Assembly: GCA_043228905.1 (NCBI GenBank)
Contig: JBHGNT010000709.1
Location: 1 to 17,067 of the forward strand
Length of the DNA stretch: 17,067 nucleotides
DNA from: Azolla caroliniana
Lineage: Eukaryota; Plantae; Polypodiophyta
Direction: 5' to 3'
Shown here: positions 1-8,814 of the stretch, in pieces
Numbering within the stretch: the stretch's first letter is position 1
Layout of the letters: each line of letters opens with the position of its first letter
Position numbers and translations under genes: made by a program
The notes under the pieces: model-generated
What the model saw: the letters and a program-made list of their open reading frames with translations, nothing else
Database searches by the model: none
What the model was told of the DNA's origin: nothing

Positions 1-453
1 GTACTCCTCCTCCTCGCGCGAGAGCTTGTCGAGCAACATAACATTTATACATACATAGGTAAATGTGCGCACTCGCGCGTGCGCGTAGGGGTGTGCGGGC
101 ACGTGCACATTAAACTAGAACGCGCTAGTGCCGAGACACTAAGCACGCGGAGGCTACTGCGGGACGAGTGGTGGCTCCCGAGTGTGCTACATCGATGAAC
201 GTAGATAGACCGGTGTCCGTACTCGCTCGTTCGGACGGACGAGGGGTTGGTAACGACGACGACAAGGAAAGCTAACCGGACTACCACACTAGGAGTGTCC
301 TATCGGGCAAGTGTGGAAGCAAGTTCACATTCGCCGCGTGTACAAGTTGACCTTAGCCTTAGCCGTTGCCGTGGCGTGTGCGGTATGGGTGTCCTGCTTT
401 GATGTTTTCTTTTCCGTTTGGGTGGTTTGCGGTCCCTATAGGCAAATTCTATG

Positions 454-515
454 CGTTGGTGCTCGTGTTTACGTTCGTGTTGGAGGGACGTTGGTGCTCG
501 TGTTTACGTTCGTGT
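454..515. repeat. 27-bp perfect direct repeat in the 3' flank of the gene, in every unit
   Basis: cgttggtgctcgtgtttacgttcgtgt at 454-480 and 489-515, separated by an 8-bp spacer. Confidence 0.9.
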
Positions 516-614
516 GGGTGTAATGCGCGATTGGGGAGACGCACTTGTTCGTAAACACTTACGAGAAATTAGAGAGAGACCACGAGAATAATTTGAACAA
601 GGTTTATGTACTAT

Positions 615-1385
615 TTAGAAGCGACGAATACAAGCACGAGGGCGAAGATCGCACTGTTGGAGTAGGCGGGAGGCGGCGACGCCTAGAGCTCTTTCCTCGT
701 CATCGGCCTTGAATTGGCGACGTTGTTGACGTTCGTCCTCTTGTCGTCGAGACATGCGGTGGCGGCGTTCGTCACCCTCTCGTCGCTCACGGCTGCTATC
801 TCTCTCGCGCTCCTCGTCCTCTTCCTCCCAGCTACGGTGTTCCCTTGATTGTTGGCCATGGCGTCGGCCTTCATCATTGCGTCGTTCCTCCTCGTCAGCA
901 TACAAGGCATCACGTAGGCGATCGCATCGATCTTCGGCGGGGATTCGTTCGACGTTCCTGCAGCACCGTTCCGAGGGTCTTGAGTATCGAGTGTTTTCGA
1001 TCCATGGGGAGCGACGTCCTTGTTCACCTTCCTCTCTTTCGGAGCGCTCTTGTAGCTCTCGGATCTGCTTGTCGATGAAATCACCGCACTCTCGCCTCAG
1101 TTCCTCGTCACGTGGCTCATCGCGACCACGGCTACGACGTTCCCTTTCCTCTTCGGAGTCTCTCTTGTTGTCTCTGTAGCGGCGCCCCTCCTCAAGGAAC
1201 CCCTCACGACGTCGCTCGCACTCCCCCTCTCGGCGTCGATCGCGCCTCTCCTCGTCAATGTCTCCCTCACGACGTCGATCGCGTCGCTCCTCTTCACGGT
1301 CCCGCCCTACAGACCTAGCATTGGCCGCGGTACACGCGGCGAGCATGATCACGGCCATGAGGAATACGGAAGTAAGCTTTGCCAT
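615..1385 (-). CDS. Arg/Glu-rich 2S-albumin-like (prolamin superfamily) secretory storage protein precursor, 256 aa, copy 1
   Basis: Signal peptide MAKLTSVFLMAVIMLAACTAANA. Motifs LRRECGDFIDKQ (C100), ERCCRNVERIPAEDRCDRLRDAL (C141, C142, C154) and ASRLLQQCDLRPRAC (C245, C252) match the 2S-albumin helical scaffold. Plant-like start context GCAATGGC, with TATA and RY boxes upstream. Confidence 0.85.
   Translation of the reverse strand: MAKLTSVFLMAVIMLAACTAANARSVGRDREEERRDRRREGDIDEERRDRRREGECERRREGFLEEGRRYRDNKRDSEEERERRSRGRDEPRDEELRRECGDFIDKQIRELQERSEREEGEQGRRSPWIENTRYSRPSERCCRNVERIPAEDRCDRLRDALYADEEERRNDEGRRHGQQSREHRSWEEEDEERERDSSRERREGDERRHRMSRRQEDERQQRRQFKADDEERALGVAASRLLQQCDLRPRACIRRF
1200..1292 (-). 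repeat. Intragenic peptide repeat EERRDRRREG x2 plus a partial ERRREG (aa 32-62)
   Basis: EERRDRRREG at aa 32-41 and 45-54 (13-aa period) and ERRREG at 57-62. At DNA level ccctcacgacgtcg occurs twice in this region. Confidence 0.85.
1317..1385 (-). other. Predicted ER signal peptide (aa 1-23), present in every copy
   Basis: Basic N-terminus (MAK), hydrophobic core VFLMAVIMLAAC and a small-residue A-N-A cleavage motif before R24. Confidence 0.85.
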
Positions 1386-1451
1386 TGCGATTGTCCTTAT
1401 GATCCCGGTGCTTGTCTCCTAATGGATTGTATTGACATTGCTCCCTCCACC

Positions 1452-1462
1452 TTTAATATATA
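1452..1462 (-). promoter_or_regulatory. TATA box (TATATATTAAA), repeated every 1640 bp
   Basis: Plus-strand tttaatatata lies about 70 bp upstream of the ATG. An initiator-like TCA near 1433 on the minus strand sits about 29 nt downstream of the TATA. Confidence 0.75.
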
Positions 1463-1464
1463 CA

Positions 1465-1495
1465 CATGGCCATGCAATCAGAGCACATGCATGTC
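1465..1495. promoter_or_regulatory. RY elements / legumin-box-like motif (B3-domain ABI3/FUS3/LEC2-type sites), repeated in every unit
   Basis: CATGGCCATGCAA at 1465-1477 and a perfect CATGCATG at 1486-1493, immediately upstream of the TATA box. RY elements are typical of seed storage protein promoters. Confidence 0.75.
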
Positions 1496-1516
1496 ACTCA
1501 CCACTCCCATTACCAT

Positions 1517-1583
1517 AACGTGTGTGTCCTGCGTACAACTCTTGCCCAAGACCCATACCAACTAGTCCACCCTCCCACACGTC
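1517..1583. promoter_or_regulatory. ACGT-core ABRE-like motifs, repeated in every unit
   Basis: AACGTGTG at 1517-1524 and CACACGTC (GACGTGTG on minus) at 1576-1583, just upstream of the RY boxes. These motifs are short, so support is moderate. Confidence 0.45.
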
Positions 1584-1739
1584 TAGGCTAGTCCTAGGTG
1601 TCGTATTGTCACCAGACAATCTGGGCGCAACCTGTAGCGGGTACTCCTCCTCCTCGCGCGAGAGCTTGTCGAGCAACATAACATTTATACATACATAGGT
1701 AAATGTGCGCACTCGCGCGTGCGCGTAGGGGTGTGCGGG

Positions 1740-1745
1740 CACGTG
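1740..1745. promoter_or_regulatory. G-box CACGTG about 355 bp upstream of the ATG (also at 100-105 and every +1640)
   Basis: gcacgtgc palindrome in the spacer. Confidence 0.4.
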
Positions 1746-2254
1746 CACATTAAACTAGAACGCGCTAGTGCCGAGACACTAAGCACGCGGAGGCTACTGC
1801 GGGACGAGTGGTGGCTCCCGAGTGTGCTACATCGATGAACGTAGATAGACCGGTGTCCGTACTCGCTCGTTCGGACGGACGAGGGGTTGGTAACGACGAC
1901 GACAAGGAAAGCTAACCGGACTACCACACTAGGAGTGTCCTATCGGGCAAGTGTGGAAGCAAGTTCACATTCGCCGCGTGTACAAGTTGACCTTAGCCTT
2001 AGCCGTTGCCGTGGCGTGTGCGGTATGGGTGTCCTGCTTTGATGTTTTCTTTTCCGTTTGGGTGGTTTGCGGTCCCTATAGGCAAATTCTATGCGTTGGT
2101 GCTCGTGTTTACGTTCGTGTTGGAGGGACGTTGGTGCTCGTGTTTACGTTCGTGTGGGTGTAATGCGCGATTGGGGAGACGCACTTGTTCGTAAACACTT
2201 ACGAGAAATTAGAGAGAGACCACGAGAATAATTTGAACAAGGTTTATGTACTAT

Positions 2255-3025
2255 TTAGAAGCGACGAATACAAGCACGAGGGCGAAGATCGCACTGTTGG
2301 AGTAGGCGGGAGGCGGCGACGCCTAGAGCTCTTTCCTCGTCATCGGCCTTGAATTGGCGACGTTGTTGACGTTCGTCCTCTTGTCGTCGAGACATGCGGT
2401 GGCGGCGTTCGTCACCCTCTCGTCGCTCACGGCTGCTATCTCTCTCGCGCTCCTCGTCCTCTTCCTCCCAGCTACGGTGTTCCCTTGATTGTTGGCCATG
2501 GCGTCGGCCTTCATCATTGCGTCGTTCCTCCTCGTCAGCATACAAGGCATCACGTAGGCGATCGCATCGATCTTCGGCGGGGATTCGTTCGACGTTCCTG
2601 CAGCACCGTTCCGAGGGTCTTGAGTATCGAGTGTTTTCGATCCATGGGGAGCGACGTCCTTGTTCACCTTCCTCTCTTTCGGAGCGCTCTTGTAGCTCTC
2701 GGATCTGCTTGTCGATGAAATCACCGCACTCTCGCCTCAGTTCCTCGTCACGTGGCTCATCGCGACCACGGCTACGACGTTCCCTTTCCTCTTCGGAGTC
2801 TCTCTTGTTGTCTCTGTAGCGGCGCCCCTCCTCAAGGAACCCCTCACGACGTCGCTCGCACTCCCCCTCTCGGCGTCGATCGCGCCTCTCCTCGTCAATG
2901 TCTCCCTCACGACGTCGATCGCGTCGCTCCTCTTCACGGTCCCGCCCTACAGACCTAGCATTGGCCGCGGTACACGCGGCGAGCATGATCACGGCCATGA
3001 GGAATACGGAAGTAAGCTTTGCCAT
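2255..3025 (-). CDS. 2S-albumin-like Arg/Glu-rich storage protein precursor, copy 2
   Basis: Translation identical to copy 1. Confidence 0.85.
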   Translation of the reverse strand: MAKLTSVFLMAVIMLAACTAANARSVGRDREEERRDRRREGDIDEERRDRRREGECERRREGFLEEGRRYRDNKRDSEEERERRSRGRDEPRDEELRRECGDFIDKQIRELQERSEREEGEQGRRSPWIENTRYSRPSERCCRNVERIPAEDRCDRLRDALYADEEERRNDEGRRHGQQSREHRSWEEEDEERERDSSRERREGDERRHRMSRRQEDERQQRRQFKADDEERALGVAASRLLQQCDLRPRACIRRF

Positions 3026-3894
3026 TGCGATTGTCCTTATGATCCCGGTGCTTGTCTCCTAATGGATTGTATTGACATTGCTCCCTCCACCTTTAATATA
3101 TACACATGGCCATGCAATCAGAGCACATGCATGTCACTCACCACTCCCATTACCATAACGTGTGTGTCCTGCGTACAACTCTTGCCCAAGACCCATACCA
3201 ACTAGTCCACCCTCCCACACGTCTAGGCTAGTCCTAGGTGTCGTATTGTCACCAGACAATCTGGGCGCAACCTGTAGCGGGTACTCCTCCTCCTCGCGCG
3301 AGAGCTTGTCGAGCAACATAACATTTATACATACATAGGTAAATGTGCGCACTCGCGCGTGCGCGTAGGGGTGTGCGGGCACGTGCACATTAAACTAGAA
3401 CGCGCTAGTGCCGAGACACTAAGCACGCGGAGGCTACTGCGGGACGAGTGGTGGCTCCCGAGTGTGCTACATCGATGAACGTAGATAGACCGGTGTCCGT
3501 ACTCGCTCGTTCGGACGGACGAGGGGTTGGTAACGACGACGACAAGGAAAGCTAACCGGACTACCACACTAGGAGTGTCCTATCGGGCAAGTGTGGAAGC
3601 AAGTTCACATTCGCCGCGTGTACAAGTTGACCTTAGCCTTAGCCGTTGCCGTGGCGTGTGCGGTATGGGTGTCCTGCTTTGATGTTTTCTTTTCCGTTTG
3701 GGTGGTTTGCGGTCCCTATAGGCAAATTCTATGCGTTGGTGCTCGTGTTTACGTTCGTGTTGGAGGGACGTTGGTGCTCGTGTTTACGTTCGTGTGGGTG
3801 TAATGCGCGATTGGGGAGACGCACTTGTTCGTAAACACTTACGAGAAATTAGAGAGAGACCACGAGAATAATTTGAACAAGGTTTATGTACTAT

Positions 3895-4665
3895 TTAGAA
3901 GCGACGAATACAAGCACGAGGGCGAAGATCGCACTGTTGGAGTAGGCGGGAGGCGGCGACGCCTAGAGCTCTTTCCTCGTCATCGGCCTTGAATTGGCGA
4001 CGTTGTTGACGTTCGTCCTCTTGTCGTCGAGACATGCGGTGGCGGCGTTCGTCACCCTCTCGTCGCTCACGGCTGCTATCTCTCTCGCGCTCCTCGTCCT
4101 CTTCCTCCCAGCTACGGTGTTCCCTTGATTGTTGGCCATGGCGTCGGCCTTCATCATTGCGTCGTTCCTCCTCGTCAGCATACAAGGCATCACGTAGGCG
4201 ATCGCATCGATCTTCGGCGGGGATTCGTTCGACGTTCCTGCAGCACCGTTCCGAGGGTCTTGAGTATCGAGTGTTTTCGATCCATGGGGAGCGACGTCCT
4301 TGTTCACCTTCCTCTCTTTCGGAGCGCTCTTGTAGCTCTCGGATCTGCTTGTCGATGAAATCACCGCACTCTCGCCTCAGTTCCTCGTCACGTGGCTCAT
4401 CGCGACCACGGCTACGACGTTCCCTTTCCTCTTCGGAGTCTCTCTTGTTGTCTCTGTAGCGGCGCCCCTCCTCAAGGAACCCCTCACGACGTCGCTCGCA
4501 CTCCCCCTCTCGGCGTCGATCGCGCCTCTCCTCGTCAATGTCTCCCTCACGACGTCGATCGCGTCGCTCCTCTTCACGGTCCCGCCCTACAGACCTAGCA
4601 TTGGCCGCGGTACACGCGGCGAGCATGATCACGGCCATGAGGAATACGGAAGTAAGCTTTGCCAT
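3895..4665 (-). CDS. 2S-albumin-like Arg/Glu-rich storage protein precursor, copy 3
   Basis: Translation identical to copy 1. Confidence 0.85.
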   Translation of the reverse strand: MAKLTSVFLMAVIMLAACTAANARSVGRDREEERRDRRREGDIDEERRDRRREGECERRREGFLEEGRRYRDNKRDSEEERERRSRGRDEPRDEELRRECGDFIDKQIRELQERSEREEGEQGRRSPWIENTRYSRPSERCCRNVERIPAEDRCDRLRDALYADEEERRNDEGRRHGQQSREHRSWEEEDEERERDSSRERREGDERRHRMSRRQEDERQQRRQFKADDEERALGVAASRLLQQCDLRPRACIRRF

Positions 4666-5534
4666 TGCGATTGTCCTTATGATCCCGGTGCTTGTCTCCT
4701 AATGGATTGTATTGACATTGCTCCCTCCACCTTTAATATATACACATGGCCATGCAATCAGAGCACATGCATGTCACTCACCACTCCCATTACCATAACG
4801 TGTGTGTCCTGCGTACAACTCTTGCCCAAGACCCATACCAACTAGTCCACCCTCCCACACGTCTAGGCTAGTCCTAGGTGTCGTATTGTCACCAGACAAT
4901 CTGGGCGCAACCTGTAGCGGGTACTCCTCCTCCTCGCGCGAGAGCTTGTCGAGCAACATAACATTTATACATACATAGGTAAATGTGCGCACTCGCGCGT
5001 GCGCGTAGGGGTGTGCGGGCACGTGCACATTAAACTAGAACGCGCTAGTGCCGAGACACTAAGCACGCGGAGGCTACTGCGGGACGAGTGGTGGCTCCCG
5101 AGTGTGCTACATCGATGAACGTAGATAGACCGGTGTCCGTACTCGCTCGTTCGGACGGACGAGGGGTTGGTAACGACGACGACAAGGAAAGCTAACCGGA
5201 CTACCACACTAGGAGTGTCCTATCGGGCAAGTGTGGAAGCAAGTTCACATTCGCCGCGTGTACAAGTTGACCTTAGCCTTAGCCGTTGCCGTGGCGTGTG
5301 CGGTATGGGTGTCCTGCTTTGATGTTTTCTTTTCCGTTTGGGTGGTTTGCGGTCCCTATAGGCAAATTCTATGCGTTGGTGCTCGTGTTTACGTTCGTGT
5401 TGGAGGGACGTTGGTGCTCGTGTTTACGTTCGTGTGGGTGTAATGCGCGATTGGGGAGACGCACTTGTTCGTAAACACTTACGAGAAATTAGAGAGAGAC
5501 CACGAGAATAATTTGAACAAGGTTTATGTACTAT

Positions 5535-6305
5535 TTAGAAGCGACGAATACAAGCACGAGGGCGAAGATCGCACTGTTGGAGTAGGCGGGAGGCGGCGAC
5601 GCCTAGAGCTCTTTCCTCGTCATCGGCCTTGAATTGGCGACGTTGTTGACGTTCGTCCTCTTGTCGTCGAGACATGCGGTGGCGGCGTTCGTCACCCTCT
5701 CGTCGCTCACGGCTGCTATCTCTCTCGCGCTCCTCGTCCTCTTCCTCCCAGCTACGGTGTTCCCTTGATTGTTGGCCATGGCGTCGGCCTTCATCATTGC
5801 GTCGTTCCTCCTCGTCAGCATACAAGGCATCACGTAGGCGATCGCATCGATCTTCGGCGGGGATTCGTTCGACGTTCCTGCAGCACCGTTCCGAGGGTCT
5901 TGAGTATCGAGTGTTTTCGATCCATGGGGAGCGACGTCCTTGTTCACCTTCCTCTCTTTCGGAGCGCTCTTGTAGCTCTCGGATCTGCTTGTCGATGAAA
6001 TCACCGCACTCTCGCCTCAGTTCCTCGTCACGTGGCTCATCGCGACCACGGCTACGACGTTCCCTTTCCTCTTCGGAGTCTCTCTTGTTGTCTCTGTAGC
6101 GGCGCCCCTCCTCAAGGAACCCCTCACGACGTCGCTCGCACTCCCCCTCTCGGCGTCGATCGCGCCTCTCCTCGTCAATGTCTCCCTCACGACGTCGATC
6201 GCGTCGCTCCTCTTCACGGTCCCGCCCTACAGACCTAGCATTGGCCGCGGTACACGCGGCGAGCATGATCACGGCCATGAGGAATACGGAAGTAAGCTTT
6301 GCCAT
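5535..6305 (-). CDS. 2S-albumin-like Arg/Glu-rich storage protein precursor, copy 4
   Basis: Translation identical to copy 1. Confidence 0.85.
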   Translation of the reverse strand: MAKLTSVFLMAVIMLAACTAANARSVGRDREEERRDRRREGDIDEERRDRRREGECERRREGFLEEGRRYRDNKRDSEEERERRSRGRDEPRDEELRRECGDFIDKQIRELQERSEREEGEQGRRSPWIENTRYSRPSERCCRNVERIPAEDRCDRLRDALYADEEERRNDEGRRHGQQSREHRSWEEEDEERERDSSRERREGDERRHRMSRRQEDERQQRRQFKADDEERALGVAASRLLQQCDLRPRACIRRF

Positions 6306-7174
6306 TGCGATTGTCCTTATGATCCCGGTGCTTGTCTCCTAATGGATTGTATTGACATTGCTCCCTCCACCTTTAATATATACACATGGCCATGCAATCA
6401 GAGCACATGCATGTCACTCACCACTCCCATTACCATAACGTGTGTGTCCTGCGTACAACTCTTGCCCAAGACCCATACCAACTAGTCCACCCTCCCACAC
6501 GTCTAGGCTAGTCCTAGGTGTCGTATTGTCACCAGACAATCTGGGCGCAACCTGTAGCGGGTACTCCTCCTCCTCGCGCGAGAGCTTGTCGAGCAACATA
6601 ACATTTATACATACATAGGTAAATGTGCGCACTCGCGCGTGCGCGTAGGGGTGTGCGGGCACGTGCACATTAAACTAGAACGCGCTAGTGCCGAGACACT
6701 AAGCACGCGGAGGCTACTGCGGGACGAGTGGTGGCTCCCGAGTGTGCTACATCGATGAACGTAGATAGACCGGTGTCCGTACTCGCTCGTTCGGACGGAC
6801 GAGGGGTTGGTAACGACGACGACAAGGAAAGCTAACCGGACTACCACACTAGGAGTGTCCTATCGGGCAAGTGTGGAAGCAAGTTCACATTCGCCGCGTG
6901 TACAAGTTGACCTTAGCCTTAGCCGTTGCCGTGGCGTGTGCGGTATGGGTGTCCTGCTTTGATGTTTTCTTTTCCGTTTGGGTGGTTTGCGGTCCCTATA
7001 GGCAAATTCTATGCGTTGGTGCTCGTGTTTACGTTCGTGTTGGAGGGACGTTGGTGCTCGTGTTTACGTTCGTGTGGGTGTAATGCGCGATTGGGGAGAC
7101 GCACTTGTTCGTAAACACTTACGAGAAATTAGAGAGAGACCACGAGAATAATTTGAACAAGGTTTATGTACTAT

Positions 7175-7945
7175 TTAGAAGCGACGAATACAAGCACGAG
7201 GGCGAAGATCGCACTGTTGGAGTAGGCGGGAGGCGGCGACGCCTAGAGCTCTTTCCTCGTCATCGGCCTTGAATTGGCGACGTTGTTGACGTTCGTCCTC
7301 TTGTCGTCGAGACATGCGGTGGCGGCGTTCGTCACCCTCTCGTCGCTCACGGCTGCTATCTCTCTCGCGCTCCTCGTCCTCTTCCTCCCAGCTACGGTGT
7401 TCCCTTGATTGTTGGCCATGGCGTCGGCCTTCATCATTGCGTCGTTCCTCCTCGTCAGCATACAAGGCATCACGTAGGCGATCGCATCGATCTTCGGCGG
7501 GGATTCGTTCGACGTTCCTGCAGCACCGTTCCGAGGGTCTTGAGTATCGAGTGTTTTCGATCCATGGGGAGCGACGTCCTTGTTCACCTTCCTCTCTTTC
7601 GGAGCGCTCTTGTAGCTCTCGGATCTGCTTGTCGATGAAATCACCGCACTCTCGCCTCAGTTCCTCGTCACGTGGCTCATCGCGACCACGGCTACGACGT
7701 TCCCTTTCCTCTTCGGAGTCTCTCTTGTTGTCTCTGTAGCGGCGCCCCTCCTCAAGGAACCCCTCACGACGTCGCTCGCACTCCCCCTCTCGGCGTCGAT
7801 CGCGCCTCTCCTCGTCAATGTCTCCCTCACGACGTCGATCGCGTCGCTCCTCTTCACGGTCCCGCCCTACAGACCTAGCATTGGCCGCGGTACACGCGGC
7901 GAGCATGATCACGGCCATGAGGAATACGGAAGTAAGCTTTGCCAT
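7175..7945 (-). CDS. 2S-albumin-like Arg/Glu-rich storage protein precursor, copy 5
   Basis: Translation identical to copy 1. Confidence 0.85.
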   Translation of the reverse strand: MAKLTSVFLMAVIMLAACTAANARSVGRDREEERRDRRREGDIDEERRDRRREGECERRREGFLEEGRRYRDNKRDSEEERERRSRGRDEPRDEELRRECGDFIDKQIRELQERSEREEGEQGRRSPWIENTRYSRPSERCCRNVERIPAEDRCDRLRDALYADEEERRNDEGRRHGQQSREHRSWEEEDEERERDSSRERREGDERRHRMSRRQEDERQQRRQFKADDEERALGVAASRLLQQCDLRPRACIRRF

Positions 7946-8814
7946 TGCGATTGTCCTTATGATCCCGGTGCTTGTCTCCTAATGGATTGTATTGACATTG
8001 CTCCCTCCACCTTTAATATATACACATGGCCATGCAATCAGAGCACATGCATGTCACTCACCACTCCCATTACCATAACGTGTGTGTCCTGCGTACAACT
8101 CTTGCCCAAGACCCATACCAACTAGTCCACCCTCCCACACGTCTAGGCTAGTCCTAGGTGTCGTATTGTCACCAGACAATCTGGGCGCAACCTGTAGCGG
8201 GTACTCCTCCTCCTCGCGCGAGAGCTTGTCGAGCAACATAACATTTATACATACATAGGTAAATGTGCGCACTCGCGCGTGCGCGTAGGGGTGTGCGGGC
8301 ACGTGCACATTAAACTAGAACGCGCTAGTGCCGAGACACTAAGCACGCGGAGGCTACTGCGGGACGAGTGGTGGCTCCCGAGTGTGCTACATCGATGAAC
8401 GTAGATAGACCGGTGTCCGTACTCGCTCGTTCGGACGGACGAGGGGTTGGTAACGACGACGACAAGGAAAGCTAACCGGACTACCACACTAGGAGTGTCC
8501 TATCGGGCAAGTGTGGAAGCAAGTTCACATTCGCCGCGTGTACAAGTTGACCTTAGCCTTAGCCGTTGCCGTGGCGTGTGCGGTATGGGTGTCCTGCTTT
8601 GATGTTTTCTTTTCCGTTTGGGTGGTTTGCGGTCCCTATAGGCAAATTCTATGCGTTGGTGCTCGTGTTTACGTTCGTGTTGGAGGGACGTTGGTGCTCG
8701 TGTTTACGTTCGTGTGGGTGTAATGCGCGATTGGGGAGACGCACTTGTTCGTAAACACTTACGAGAAATTAGAGAGAGACCACGAGAATAATTTGAACAA
8801 GGTTTATGTACTAT

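Noticed and set aside
351-364. ccttagccttagcc telomere-like hexamer
   Set aside because: Only about two units and does not match plant TTTAGGG.
454-515. CRISPR-like repeat
   Set aside because: Only two repeats with an 8-bp spacer, invariant in all units, with no cas genes.
45-554. Spacer ORFs of 80, 70 and 62 aa, including a hydrophobic Val-rich one
   Set aside because: Non-ATG (GTG/TTG) starts in an apparently eukaryotic locus. The hydrophobicity comes from GT-rich DNA and the 27-bp repeat.
436-562. Possible 3' UTR intron on the minus strand (GTAAGT at 562-557; TTTGCCTATAG ending at 436)
   Set aside because: Splice-like ends are present, but the interior is C/A-rich rather than U-rich and may lie beyond the poly(A) site. 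Unsupported without cDNA.
1109-1116. Perfect ABRE/G-box CACGTGGC
   Set aside because: Lies inside the CDS and is explained by the codons for E-P-R-D.
683-1318. Overlapping ORFs of 133, 141, 77, 66 and 68 aa in other frames or antisense to the main gene (and their copies)
   Set aside because: Shadow frames of a GC-rich, low-complexity CDS. The Ser/Arg/Leu-rich content simply mirrors Glu/Arg codons, and there is no domain or promoter support.
1-1640. Unit as a transposon, rDNA/5S repeat, plasmid or viral genome concatemer
   Set aside because: No transposase, RT, Rep, terminal repeats or recognisable RNA gene. The unit is explained by a Pol II gene. A technical concatemer remains possible and is addressed in the findings.
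1605-1662. Short inverted repeats (attgtc-acca-gacaat; ctcgcgcgag; also gtccgt..acggac at 215-240)
   Set aside because: Stems of 5-6 bp are expected by chance, with no supporting context.
1494-1748. 84-aa minus-strand ORF upstream of the gene
   Set aside because: Overlaps the promoter elements, lies upstream of the TATA box and has no recognisable features.
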